64,000 nucleotides of DNA from Gemmatimonadota bacterium (GTDB lineage: Bacteria > Gemmatimonadota > Gemmatimonadetes > Longimicrobiales > Gaopeijiaceae), in the NCBI GenBank assembly GCA_012267435.1, contig JAAXGM010000006.1, positions 12,736-76,735 on the forward strand, in the 5' to 3' direction. Position numbers and translations under genes: made by a program. A model generated the notes under the pieces. It saw only the letters and a program-made list of their open reading frames with translations, was not told the origin of the DNA and ran no database searches. Below are positions 57,059-64,000 of the stretch, in pieces. The first letter of the stretch is position 1. Every line of letters starts with the position of its first letter.

Positions 57059-57772
57059 TCACGGAATGCGGTCGTCGGGCCGGTCGGAGGCGTCGGACCC
57101 GGTGGGCCCGCTGACCCGGTTCTGCCGGGTGGAATTGCCGAAGGGTCCGGAGAGCGCCAGCACCTCGTCGGCGTCGGCGCGCGCGCGAGCCACCGCCGCC
57201 GGGTCCTCGGCGCGCAGCGTGCCGTGCTCGCTCAGACGCTCCTGCCGGATTTTCTCCTGAATCATCATGAGCCCGTAGATGAGCCCTTCCGGTCTTGGCG
57301 GACAACCCGGCACGTAGACGTCCACGGGGATGACGGTGTCGATTCCCTGGACCATCGAGTACACGTCGAACACGCCCCCCGAGGAAGCGCAGGCGCCCAT
57401 CGAGACGGCCCACTTCGGCTGGGGCATCTGGTCCCAGATGCGGCGCAGGACCGGTGCGAGCTTGTAGGGCACCCGCCCCGCGCAGATCAGGACGTCGGCC
57501 TGGCGAGGGCTGAACGACATGCGCTCCATCCCGAAGCGGGCCAAGTCGAAGTTGCTGGCGGCCGCAGCCATCATCTCGATGGCGCAGCAGGCGGTGCCGA
57601 AGGGCATGGGCCAGAGCGAGTTGCGCCGGGCCCAGTTGACGACGAAATCGAGGCGCGTGGTCAGAAAGGTCGGCGTTCCCGCGCCGAATACCCCGCTTGG
57701 CGGCGAGGAGGCCACGGGAAGGCGTTCAGCGGGCTTGTCGCTCAATCCCAATCGAGACCTCCTTTCTTCCAT
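57059..57772 (-). CDS. nuoB: NADH-quinone oxidoreductase subunit B (with ~60-aa C-terminal tail)
   Basis: …[22 protein letters not shown]…MGACASSGG…[13 protein letters not shown]… are the N2 cluster ligands. The start is either ATG 57772 (31-nt overlap with nuoA) or TTG 57745 (TTGA overlap with the nuoA stop). Confidence 0.9.
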   Translation of the reverse strand: MEERRSRLGLSDKPAERLPVASSPPSGVFGAGTPTFLTTRLDFVVNWARRNSLWPMPFGTACCAIEMMAAAASNFDLARFGMERMSFSPRQADVLICAGRVPYKLAPVLRRIWDQMPQPKWAVSMGACASSGGVFDVYSMVQGIDTVIPVDVYVPGCPPRPEGLIYGLMMIQEKIRQERLSEHGTLRAEDPAAVARARADADEVLALSGPFGNSTRQNRVSGPTGSDASDRPDDRIP

Positions 57773-58098
57773 TCGTACACCAACCCCGCGGTGAGCACCG
57801 CCACGAAGATGGAAGCAGCCACGAATCCGCTCCACCCCAGCGCGCGCATTTCCACCGCCCAGGGGATGAGGAAGACCGCTTCCAAGTCGAAGACGATGAA
57901 GCTGATGGCGACGAGGTAGAACTTCACGGAAAAGCGGGCCCGGGTGTCGCCCAGCGGGATCATGCCGGACTCGTAAGGCATTGCCTTCTGGGGAGTTGGC
58001 CTGCGGGGATTGAGGATGTGAGACAACGCCACCATGAACACTGCGTTGAGGGCGGAGACCCCGAAGATGAGCAGGATCGGCAGGTAGGCGTCCGACAT
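57742..58098 (-). CDS. nuoA: NADH-quinone oxidoreductase subunit A
   Basis: 118 aa with 3 TM helices; …[30 protein letters not shown]… is the NuoA/ND3 pattern. Confidence 0.95.
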   Translation of the reverse strand: MSDAYLPILLIFGVSALNAVFMVALSHILNPRRPTPQKAMPYESGMIPLGDTRARFSVKFYLVAISFIVFDLEAVFLIPWAVEMRALGWSGFVAASIFVAVLTAGLVYEWKKGGLDWD

Positions 58099-58146
58099 CG
58101 AGTCGCCCGCGTGTGGAGGAGGTTTCGCAGGAGTTCGGGTGGCAGA

Positions 58147-58175
58147 AAGCTACCCATGCGTCCCGACCCGGTCAA
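58147..58175 (-). promoter_or_regulatory. Candidate nuo promoter TTGACC-17-TAGCTT
   Basis: On the minus strand: TTGACC (58170-58175), a 17-nt spacer, TAGCTT (58147-58152). This is ~50 nt upstream of the nuoA ATG. The call rests on hexamer similarity only. Confidence 0.25.
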
Positions 58176-58414
58176 GCCGGAACGGAGCGTCCGCGGGCCG
58201 AGTCAGGCCGTGCGGCACGGACGGAAAACGCTTTCCCGAGGTAGTGCGGAACCCTGTCCTGGAGGCGAAGTTGCTTGACGTCGGAGACCGCTGGAGGCAG
58301 TGTCGCCGATGGTGGGCGATCCCGACTCCGCCGAAGACGCGGGCGCCGAGCGTGCGGCACGAGGCAATGACGGATGGCGCGCGGAGTCGCGGGCGGCATG
58401 GCCGACCCCGGATC

Positions 58415-58430
58415 CGGCACAGCAATTGCA
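58415..58430 (+). promoter_or_regulatory. Near-consensus sigma-54 (-24/-12) promoter, rightward
   Basis: CGGCACAGCAATTGCA compared with TGGCACG-N4-TTGCW: the GG and GC dinucleotides are exactly 10 nt apart, and 10 of 12 specified positions match. The window itself encodes rpoN. The site points away from nuoA, into the low-GC relic. Confidence 0.4.
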
Positions 58431-58523
58431 TGAGTAGTGTACGACAGGGGTAAGTCCCCGAGGCACCAAGTCGGCTAGGGCGGTTACTTTCTGCCGCGCC
58501 TCGATGGTCGTGTCCGGGGAATA

Positions 58524-58634
58524 TGAGCCTGAAACTGGGATACAGACCCACACTGCCATGGCGACATTCTTGGAGCCGACTTGGCCAGCAGATGATGAAA
58601 ATGAGCCCGAAAACCGATAATAGTGAGCCTGAAA
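58524..58634. repeat. Three direct copies of TGAGCCYGAAA (58524, 58602, 58624)
   Basis: These are exact 11-mers apart from one Y position. They lie upstream of the transposase-like ATG at 58676, as multi-copy transposase-binding sites do at element ends. Confidence 0.6.
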
Positions 58635-58675
58635 TACAGCTCTTGGATGTCCTTGAACCACGAGGAGTGACGGTG

Positions 58676-58972
58676 ATGCGTCGCATTACGCGTATTCGCA
58701 CTCTGGACCAGGTCCGTCGTTTCCTGAAAGCCGCCGACGCCCCGAAGCTGCGGGTCGACAGGCGTGAATCCATATACGATTTCATCCACAGGACACTGGA
58801 CAGATTCGAATACCACGACCTCAGGAAGCGCGATAAGAGCCTGCTCAAGATCTTCCTCGCCAGAGCGACGGGTTTCTCGCGTGCCCAGCTGACCCGATTG
58901 ATTGCCCAGCATCGCGAAACCGGCACCATCCGAGATCGTCGCAGCACGCCGCGGAACTCAAGAGCCGCGTAA
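58676..58972 (+). pseudogene. Truncated DDE/rve-type transposase (N-terminal HTH fragment only)
   Basis: MRRITRIRTLDQVRRFLKAADAPKLRVDRRESIYDFIHRTLDRFEYHDLRKRDKSLLKIFLARATGFSRAQLTRLIAQHRETGTIRDRR resembles, from memory, the N-terminal region (…G(F/Y)SRAQ(L/V)TRLI…G.I..RR) of ~500-aa integrase-core transposases. No catalytic domain follows. Confidence 0.45.
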
Positions 58973-59019
58973 CCGACAACCGAACCCGCGGTTGGCGCCG
59001 CTGACGGCTGTGTCTCGGA

Positions 59020-60741
59020 TTAGTGACGGAAGAGCCGCCTCCCCGTAAGGACCATCGCCACCTGGTGCTCGTCCGCGGCGGCGATGACCTCCTCGTCGCG
59101 AATCGAACCGCCGGGTTGCACGATGGCGCGTACCCCGGCCGCCGCTGCCGCGTCGACGCCGTCCCGAAAGGGGAAGAAAGCATCGGAGGCGAGAGCGCAG
59201 CCGGACAGGTCGAGTCCGGCGGCGGCCGCCTTTCGGACCGCGAGCTCGGAGGCATCCACCCGGCTCACCTGCCCCATGCCGATGCCCAGGGTGGCACCGT
59301 CGCGCGCGAGCAGGATGGCGTTCGATTTCACCCCCGCGACCGCTGACCAGGCGAAGTCCAAGTCGTCGAGTTCGCGCGCGGAGGGCGTGCGCCGGGTGAC
59401 CACCTTCCACTTCGCGCTCTCCAGTCCGTGGAAGGGCGGCGGCGGCACCGATTGTGCCAGAAGGCCGCCGGAGACGGTGCGCAGCGTTCGCGGCTCGGGG
59501 ATCCGGCCGTGCGCCGCGAGAAACGCGGCTGAAGCGCGGTGTTCGGATGGAGCTTCCCGCCACCACTCGATGCGGTCCGGGTCGAGCGGCAGGTCGGCGC
59601 GGGCGACCGGGTCGCCGGACATGGCGAGCAGACGCAGGCCGGGCTTGCGGGCCAGGATCTTCATCGCCCCGTCATCGAAGGCGGGCGCGACCAGGCACTC
59701 GATAAAGATTTTCGACATGTGCCTGGCGGTGGCGGCATCGATGCGCCGGTTGACCGCGATCACGGATCCGAAGGCGCTCGCCGAGTCGGTTCGCAGGGCG
59801 CGCAGGTAGGCCTCATCGAGCGTCTCCGCGAGCGCCATCCCCGCGGGCGTGGTGTGCTTGACGATGCACACCGCGGCGCGCGCCGAGAAAGCGAACGGAG
59901 CAAGACACTGGAGGGCGCCGTCGAGGTCGAGGTAGTTGTTGTGGGAGAGCGCCTTGCCGTGCAGCTGCTCGAGGCCGGCCAGCCCCACGCCCGCCTGTCC
60001 GCGCCAGCGGTAGAACGCCGCCTCCTGGTCCGGGTTCTCGCCGTAGCGCAGCGTACCCTCCAGTTCTGCGGACAAAGCGAGGTGGGCCGGGAACATTCCG
60101 CTCCCGCCCCCGACGGCGGCCGGCTCTTCTCCATCGATGCGGGTTCCGCTCTCCCGCCTGGCAGCCTTCTCCAACCATACCGCCACGGCGTCGTCGTATC
60201 CGCGCGTGTGCGCGAACACCTTCACAGCCAGCTCCCGCCGAAGCGAGCGGCCGTCGCCTTCCCGGTCCAGGGCCGCCAGCACGCGCGGGTAGTCCACGGG
60301 ATCCACGACGGCCCACACGTCGGCGTGGTTCTTCGCCGCCGCTCGGATCATGGTGGGTCCGCCGATGTCCACCTGCTCCATCGCGTCACCCACCGACACG
60401 CCGCTCTTCGCCACGGTCTCCCGGAAGGGGTACAGGTTGACCGCCACCAGACCCACGGGCGCGTAGCCCTGCCCGGCGAGTGCGGCGGCGTCGTTCCTGT
60501 TCCCGTCCCGGGCCAGGATTCCCGCGTGGATGGCGGGGTGAAGGGTCTTGACCCGCCCGTCCATCATCTCCGGGTGTGACGTGACATCGGCCACCTGCGC
60601 GACGGGAAGCCCCGCGTCGGCGAGCGCCCGCGCCGTGCCCCCGGTCGAGACGATCTCCCATCCGCGGCGGACGAGACCGTGGGCGAATTCTTCGATCCCG
60701 CTCTTGTCCGAGACGCTCAGCAGCGCCCGTCTTCGAGTCAT
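59020..60741 (-). CDS. purH: Bifunctional AICAR transformylase / IMP cyclohydrolase
   Basis: RALLSVSDKSGIEEFA..L….EIVSTGGTA…V.QV.DVT..PEMMDGRVKTLHP.IH.GIL…VVDP.DY…AFFPF.D are the family motifs. Confidence 0.95.
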   Translation of the reverse strand: MTRRRALLSVSDKSGIEEFAHGLVRRGWEIVSTGGTARALADAGLPVAQVADVTSHPEMMDGRVKTLHPAIHAGILARDGNRNDAAALAGQGYAPVGLVAVNLYPFRETVAKSGVSVGDAMEQVDIGGPTMIRAAAKNHADVWAVVDPVDYPRVLAALDREGDGRSLRRELAVKVFAHTRGYDDAVAVWLEKAARRESGTRIDGEEPAAVGGGSGMFPAHLALSAELEGTLRYGENPDQEAAFYRWRGQAGVGLAGLEQLHGKALSHNNYLDLDGALQCLAPFAFSARAAVCIVKHTTPAGMALAETLDEAYLRALRTDSASAFGSVIAVNRRIDAATARHMSKIFIECLVAPAFDDGAMKILARKPGLRLLAMSGDPVARADLPLDPDRIEWWREAPSEHRASAAFLAAHGRIPEPRTLRTVSGGLLAQSVPPPPFHGLESAKWKVVTRRTPSARELDDLDFAWSAVAGVKSNAILLARDGATLGIGMGQVSRVDASELAVRKAAAAGLDLSGCALASDAFFPFRDGVDAAAAAGVRAIVQPGGSIRDEEVIAAADEHQVAMVLTGRRLFRH

Positions 60742-60772
60742 GTTCGCTCCTCATAGCCGTGCAAGGCTGGCG

Positions 60773-61471
60773 CTAATCCTCTGTGAAGCCGGCGGAAATC
60801 GCGCGCTCGACGTCGGCCGTGGCTCGTGCATTCGCCAGGAAAGCCGTTCCGCGCGGTGAAAACGGCGCCGGTCGACACCCCCGGGAGAGAGCCCGTGCCA
60901 GGTGATCCACCACCCGGGGATACAGGAGATGCTCGACGCGAAGCACCCGGGCGGCGAGCGTGTGCGGATCGTCGCCCGCCCGCACCGGCACCGGCCACTG
61001 GGCGATGATCGGGCCCCGATCGTACTCCTCGTCCACGAAGTGCGCGGTGGGCCCGGTTACCCTCGCACCCGCGGCCAGAACCGCCTCGTGCACGCGCATC
61101 CCGTACATCCCCTTCCCTCCGAAAGCGGGGAGAAGCGCGGGATGAATGTTGACCATCCTCTCGCGGAACGCCCCGACGACGTCGGCCGGGATGAGTCGCA
61201 GATAGCCCGCCAGCGCGATGAACCCGATTCCGCTGAAACGGAGGATGTCCAGCGTCTCGCCGGCTACATCGCCGGACGATCGCCCCGCGACCGGGAGAGA
61301 GCGTGATCGAATCCCCGCGCGGCGGGCACGTTCGAGCGCCTTGGCCTCCTCTTGGTCGCTGACGGCCAGCTCAACACGCCAAGGGGGTGCGTCGAGGCTG
61401 GCGTGATAGTCGAGGATGGCCTGCAGATTCGAACCTGAACCGGATGCGAACACCGCCACGGGCAGGCTCAC
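60773..61471 (-). CDS. purN: Phosphoribosylglycinamide formyltransferase
   Basis: VAVFASGSGSNLQAI…LAGYLRLIP……MVNIHPALLPAFGG.G…TGPTAHFVDEEYDRGPII are the family motifs. The GTG at 61471 overlaps the upstream stop (GTGA). Confidence 0.9.
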   Translation of the reverse strand: MSLPVAVFASGSGSNLQAILDYHASLDAPPWRVELAVSDQEEAKALERARRAGIRSRSLPVAGRSSGDVAGETLDILRFSGIGFIALAGYLRLIPADVVGAFRERMVNIHPALLPAFGGKGMYGMRVHEAVLAAGARVTGPTAHFVDEEYDRGPIIAQWPVPVRAGDDPHTLAARVLRVEHLLYPRVVDHLARALSRGCRPAPFSPRGTAFLANARATADVERAISAGFTED

Positions 61472-62124
61472 ACGAACTCGCCTCCCTGGAAGGGCATCAG
61501 GAAGGGATTGGTTCGGCGCTCCCATCCCACCGTGGTCTCGGGGCCGTGTCCGGTGAACAGGCGGGTGTCGTCCGGAAGCGTCAGCACCTGTTCGCGGATC
61601 GAGTGCAGCAACTGTTGCATGTCCCCCCCCGGGAGGTCCGTGCGTCCGATCGAGCCCGCGAAGACGACGTCCGCCACTACGGCGATCCGCTCCTCCCCAT
61701 TGACCAGCACGACATGACCGGGGGAGTGGCCGGGGGCGTGGCGCACGCGGAATGCGCATTTCCCGAAGCCGAGCTCGTCCCCGTGGGCAAGCGCTTCGTC
61801 GACGGCGGGCAGTCGCGGCGCGTGCACCCCGAAGGCGGCCGCCTGTTCGGTCGCGGCCCGATAGAGGAAACCGTCGGCGGGATGAAGGAAGATCGGGGCG
61901 GCCGTCACGGCACGGATATCGGGCACGCCCTCGACATGGTCCAGATGGGCGTGGGTCAGGATGACGGCTTTTACGTCCAGCTGGTCCACTTCGATCGCCC
62001 GGCACATGTCGGGCGCCGCTGCGCCGGGATCGATCACCAGCGTCTCGCGGGTTGCATCGCAGATCGCCAGCCAAGCGTTCTGCTGGAAGCCGTCCGCGCC
62101 GGTGAAGGTCCGTAGACGGATCAC
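61468..62124 (-). CDS. MBL-fold metallo-hydrolase (glyoxalase II-like)
   Basis: The H-x-H-x-D-H motif (LTHAHLDHVEG) is present, with downstream His/Asp ligands (…HAPGHSPGH…GD…GR.D…H). Confidence 0.8.
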   Translation of the reverse strand: MIRLRTFTGADGFQQNAWLAICDATRETLVIDPGAAAPDMCRAIEVDQLDVKAVILTHAHLDHVEGVPDIRAVTAAPIFLHPADGFLYRAATEQAAAFGVHAPRLPAVDEALAHGDELGFGKCAFRVRHAPGHSPGHVVLVNGEERIAVVADVVFAGSIGRTDLPGGDMQQLLHSIREQVLTLPDDTRLFTGHGPETTVGWERRTNPFLMPFQGGEFV

Positions 62125-62182
62125 CTGCGTGATGTGTCCGCTGCGAGAGTCCCGGGGCGGTCCGCTCGGACCGGGAACGGGA

Positions 62183-62512
62183 TCAGACCGTGAAGGAGCT
62201 TCCGCAGCCGCATCCGCCCGAGGCCTGGGGATTGGTGAAGCTGAAGCCCTGTCCCATCATGCCGGACACATAGTCGATCTGCACGCCCTCGAGGTACTGG
62301 GCGCTGAAGGGGTCCACGAAAACCCGGAAATCGTCGAGATCCAGCACTTCGTCGTCGTCCTCGGGGGCCTCTTCGATGTTCAGTCCGTACTGAAAGCCGG
62401 AACAACCGCCGGGAAGCACGGCGACACGCAGTCCGGCGGCGGACCTGGAATCGTGTTCCTCCAGAAACTGCCTGATCTTCTCGGTGGCTTCGGGCGTCAG
62501 GATAATCTGCAT
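62183..62512 (-). CDS. HesB/IscA/ErpA-family iron-sulfur cluster insertion protein
   Basis: 109 aa with …LRVAVLPGGCSGFQYGL… and the C-terminal …GGCGCGSSF motif. Confidence 0.9.
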   Translation of the reverse strand: MQIILTPEATEKIRQFLEEHDSRSAAGLRVAVLPGGCSGFQYGLNIEEAPEDDDEVLDLDDFRVFVDPFSAQYLEGVQIDYVSGMMGQGFSFTNPQASGGCGCGSSFTV

Positions 62513-62654
62513 GGTTTTGCTCCTGAGGGTGCGACTCCATCAGCTGACGGGTCAAACGGGAAAACCCGGTTGGCGCGCCTGTGTTCCCCTTGCCCGCCAG
62601 CACCTCTTCCGGCTCCCGCGCCGACGCCTTCCGGTCCTGAACTCACATCGCGCC

Positions 62655-64000
62655 TCAATTCGTGTTCGGAAGGCATGCGCGAACAACCCGCTCCTCGAGC
62701 AGGGATTCCTCTTCGGGCTCGACGGTGCGGAGATCGAGGTTGAGGTGATCGTCCTCCACGGGCGCGAGCACCGGCGGATCGCCGCGTCTCAGGCGCCGGG
62801 CGACGGCGGACACCGACCGCGTACCCGGGTGCGGTTTCACGACAAACGTGTCGAGGGCGACCCCCGGACAGGTTCCGCCCCCCACCAGCGAAGTCCCGGG
62901 GCTCACCCGGGCTTCCACGCCTCGAGCCTCCAGGGCGGCGGCGAGGCGCGTGGCTCGCCCGAGCAGCTCCTCGGGAGGGGAGGCGATCATGCGCAGCGCC
63001 GGGATTTCCTCCAGCGCGCGGCCGGGATCCCTGTAGAGACGCAGGGTCGCCTCCAGCCCCGCCAGCGTCACCTTGTCGACACGCAGGGAGCGGCAGAGCG
63101 GGTTCTGTCGCATCCTCGCGACCGGTTCCCTCCGTCCCACGAGGATCCCGGCCTGCGGCCCGCCCAGCAGCTTGTCCCCCGAGAAGCCGACCACGTGGGC
63201 TCCGTTCGCCAGGCTGTCGGCCACCCGCGTTTCCCCCGGAAGGCCGAGCGCGGCGGGATCCATCATCAGCCCGGTGCCCAAGTCGTGGAAGAAGTGGACC
63301 CCCCGGCGATCGGCCAGCGCCGCCAGCTCGGCGACGTCGGCTTCCTCGGCAAAACCCTCGATGCGGAAATTGGAGCGGTGTACCTTGAGCAGGGCCGCGA
63401 TCTGGCCGGTGTCGAGCGCCGTCTCGTAGTCGGCGATGCGGGTGCGGTTGGTGGAACCCACCTCGCGCAGCCGGACCCCGCCGCGGACCAGGATTTCGGG
63501 GATTCGGAAGCCGCCTCCGATCTCCACCAGTTCTCCCCGGGAGACCGCGACCTCCCTCCCCACCGCCAAGGTGTTAATGCCCAGAACCAGCGCGCCGGCG
63601 GCGTTGTTGACCACGAGCGCGGCTTCGGCTCCGGTGAGTTCCCGCAGGAGTTGTACGCAATGCACGTAGCGCGATCCCCGGCTCCCGCGCTCCAAGTCGA
63701 ACTCCAGGTTGCCGTATCCTTGCGCGGCGCGCGCCATGGCGGAGCGGGCGGCAGGTGCGATGGGCGCCCGGCCCAGATTGGTGTGGAGCACCACGCCGGT
63801 GGCGTTGATCACCGGCCGGAGGGAGGGGATGCCGTCCAGGACAAGCGCCTTTTCGACTTCGCGGGCGAGATCGCCGATGTGCGGAGAAGCGCGACCGGTG
63901 CCGCGTGCGAGATCCTCCCTGGCGTGGTCCAGCGCCGAGCGCAGATGATGAACGATCCGCTGGCGCGGATGCTCGGCGAGCAGCGCGGCGAAGGCGGCGG
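62655..64000 (-). CDS. selA: L-seryl-tRNA(Sec) selenium transferase, N-terminus outside the window
   Basis: …LRPVINATGVVLHTNLGRAP…VNNAAGALVL…VSRGELVEIGGGFRIPE…FSGDKLLGGPQAGI… includes the PLP-Lys context. The reading frame stays open upstream of the ORF-track Met at 63812, to the window edge. Confidence 0.85.
   Translation of the reverse strand, partial: AAFAALLAEHPRQRIVHHLRSALDHAREDLARGTGRASPHIGDLAREVEKALVLDGIPSLRPVINATGVVLHTNLGRAPIAPAARSAMARAAQGYGNLEFDLERGSRGSRYVHCVQLLRELTGAEAALVVNNAAGALVLGINTLAVGREVAVSRGELVEIGGGFRIPEILVRGGVRLREVGSTNRTRIADYETALDTGQIAALLKVHRSNFRIEGFAEEADVAELAALADRRGVHFFHDLGTGLMMDPAALGLPGETRVADSLANGAHVVGFSGDKLLGGPQAGILVGRREPVARMRQNPLCRSLRVDKVTLAGLEATLRLYRDPGRALEEIPALRMIASPPEELLGRATRLAAALEARGVEARVSPGTSLVGGGTCPGVALDTFVVKPHPGTRSVSAVARRLRRGDPPVLAPVEDDHLNLDLRTVEPEEESLLEERVVRACLPNTN

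Larger units (their letters stand above)
58421..58972 (+). mobile_element. Relic of a transposable element (one end plus a truncated transposase 5' part)
   Basis: GC drops here: 141/260 G+C for 58421-58680 by hand count, against visibly richer flanks. Three subterminal TGAGCCYGAAA repeats are followed by an ORF resembling the HTH N-terminus of rve/DDE transposases. The ORF stops after ~98 codons, just before the purH 3' end. Confidence 0.4.

Noticed and set aside
58466-58584. 11-bp inverted repeat CCAAGTCGGCT / AGCCGACTTGG separated by 97 nt, considered as a long RNA stem or IS terminal inverted repeats.
   Set aside because: It does not extend on either side. By rough count, one or two such 11-bp pairs within 150 nt are expected by chance in 64 kb. 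The right arm lies between the subterminal repeats rather than at an element boundary.
61421-61440. tRNA T-loop-like string: the reverse complement reads CAGGTTCGAATCTGCAG.
   Set aside because: Only 3 bp of flanking stem can form, no acceptor or anticodon arms can be drawn, and it lies inside the purN coding sequence.

Overview
High-GC, densely packed chromosomal segment from a diderm (Gram-negative-type) bacterium. Phylum is not assignable from sequence alone. About 58 protein genes, almost all on the minus strand, sit in long operons with many 4-nt start/stop overlaps. Main blocks: (1) a partial MFS transporter, a membrane-anchored TPR protein and an Omp85-like outer-membrane protein. (2) A 13-gene envelope supercluster, 18873 down to 5287: kdsB-pyrG-kdsA-kdsC-kdsD-lptC-lptA(giant)-lptB(extended)-rpoN-wecB-GT4-GT2(Ppm1-like). 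(3) A BNR/sortilin-like secreted protein, trpG/pabA-type amidotransferase, a double zinc-ribbon membrane protein, glutamine-dependent nadE, an S41 C-terminal protease, xerD, dedA and ispF. (4) The classical yceD-rpmF-plsX-fabH-fabD-fabG-acpP-fabF cluster. (5) ndk, sucCD, a UPF0182 membrane protein and a phosphomannomutase. (6) A complete 14-gene nuoA-N operon. (7) purH-purN, an MBL hydrolase, a HesB/IscA protein and a partial selA. I found no rRNA, tRNA or CRISPR array, and no convincing new multi-gene system; this is mostly core metabolism. The oddities worth follow-up are: an LptB with a ~143-codon N-terminal extension; a 724-aa multi-domain LptA with tandem-repeat acidic linkers; a low-GC transposon relic with subterminal repeats and a near-consensus sigma-54 promoter between nuoA and purH; a ghost copy of the GT4 3' end upstream of the GT2 gene; and three long, lower-GC intergenic regions carrying phased or direct repeats. 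All function calls come from my reading of the translated ORFs and recalled family motifs. No database search was run.
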